Notes under the pieces: model-generated
Database searches by the model: none
The model's input: only the letters and a program-made list of their open reading frames with translations
What the model was told of the DNA's origin: nothing
Source: Lama glama
Taxonomy: Eukaryota
Length of the DNA stretch: 64,000 nucleotides
Assembly (NCBI GenBank): GCA_028534125.1
Contig: CM052818.1
Span: 21,950,001-22,014,000, forward strand
Direction: 5' to 3'
In this document: one piece after another, positions 63,501 to 64,000 of the stretch
Layout of the letters: each line of letters begins with the position of its first letter
Numbering within the stretch: the stretch's first letter is position 1
Position numbers and translations under genes: made by a program

Positions 63501-63625
63501 GGGGAGGGTATAGCTCAGTCGTAGAGCGCATGCTTAGCATGCATAAAGTTCTCGGTTCACCCAGTACCTCCATTAAAAAAATAATAACAAAAATAAACCT
63601 TAAAAAAATATTAAAAAATATATAA
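63501..63625 (+). mobile_element. Vic-1-like SINE (intron 11)
   Basis: ggggagggtatagctcagtcgtagagcgcatgcttagcatgc..cccagtacctcc plus A-rich tail. Confidence 0.9.
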
Positions 63626-64000
63626 AATGTGAAGTGAACAGCCCTAGCTGGCGAATGTTATTCAGGAAAACCATATGTCTTTCCCAATAGTTTGAACTAT
63701 TTTAATAAAACTTTCTGAACGGAGACTTTCCTTTAGAGTCATAAACTTTCTTGTGCCTACATTTGAAACATTTTTACTAGATTGTTTATTTAGTCTTAGT
63801 TTAGATTCTCTAAATTCACAGATGTTTTTGGATACATGTTTATCTAAGTTAATATATGATTATTTTAATCTTATTTTCAAAAGAAATATGAATTGTATCC
63901 TTTGGGAGGATGTATGCATGTATGTCAGATCAACCACCTTTTTTCTCCTTATTGATGAGTGTTTCCCTCTTCCCATCTGGCTATAGTTATTGAGCTGAAT

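Noticed and set aside
60914..64000. LRPPRC exon 12
   Set aside because: No in-frame segment resembling the expected continuation was found; it presumably lies beyond the window.

Overview
Mammalian nuclear genomic DNA, almost certainly camelid (camel/llama/alpaca), judged from six copies of the tRNA-derived Vic-1-type SINE. Positions 1-41.2 kb are a repeat-rich intergenic region (L1, L2, MIR, MaLR/ERVL/ERV1 LTRs, hAT MITEs) with a few repeat-free blocks. A CpG-island promoter (~41.25-42.2 kb) drives LRPPRC on the + strand. I assembled coding exons 1-11 by hand: 149+197+123+122+59+87+127+145+146+106+108 = 1369 nt, all introns GT-AG, open frame throughout. They encode a mitochondrial presequence followed by tandem 35-aa PPR motifs; the gene continues beyond the window. 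I found no prokaryotic-type system, CRISPR array or novel protein-coding gene; the other ORFs in the track are L1 fragments or chance ORFs. The best leads are a MER41-like LTR that appears to have lost its STAT1/GAS segment, a (CCTG)n tract just downstream of the exon 1 donor, an E-box/UPRE cluster in the promoter, and a candidate poison exon in intron 1. Repeat subfamily names and human comparisons are from memory of consensus sequences, and old-repeat boundaries are approximate.
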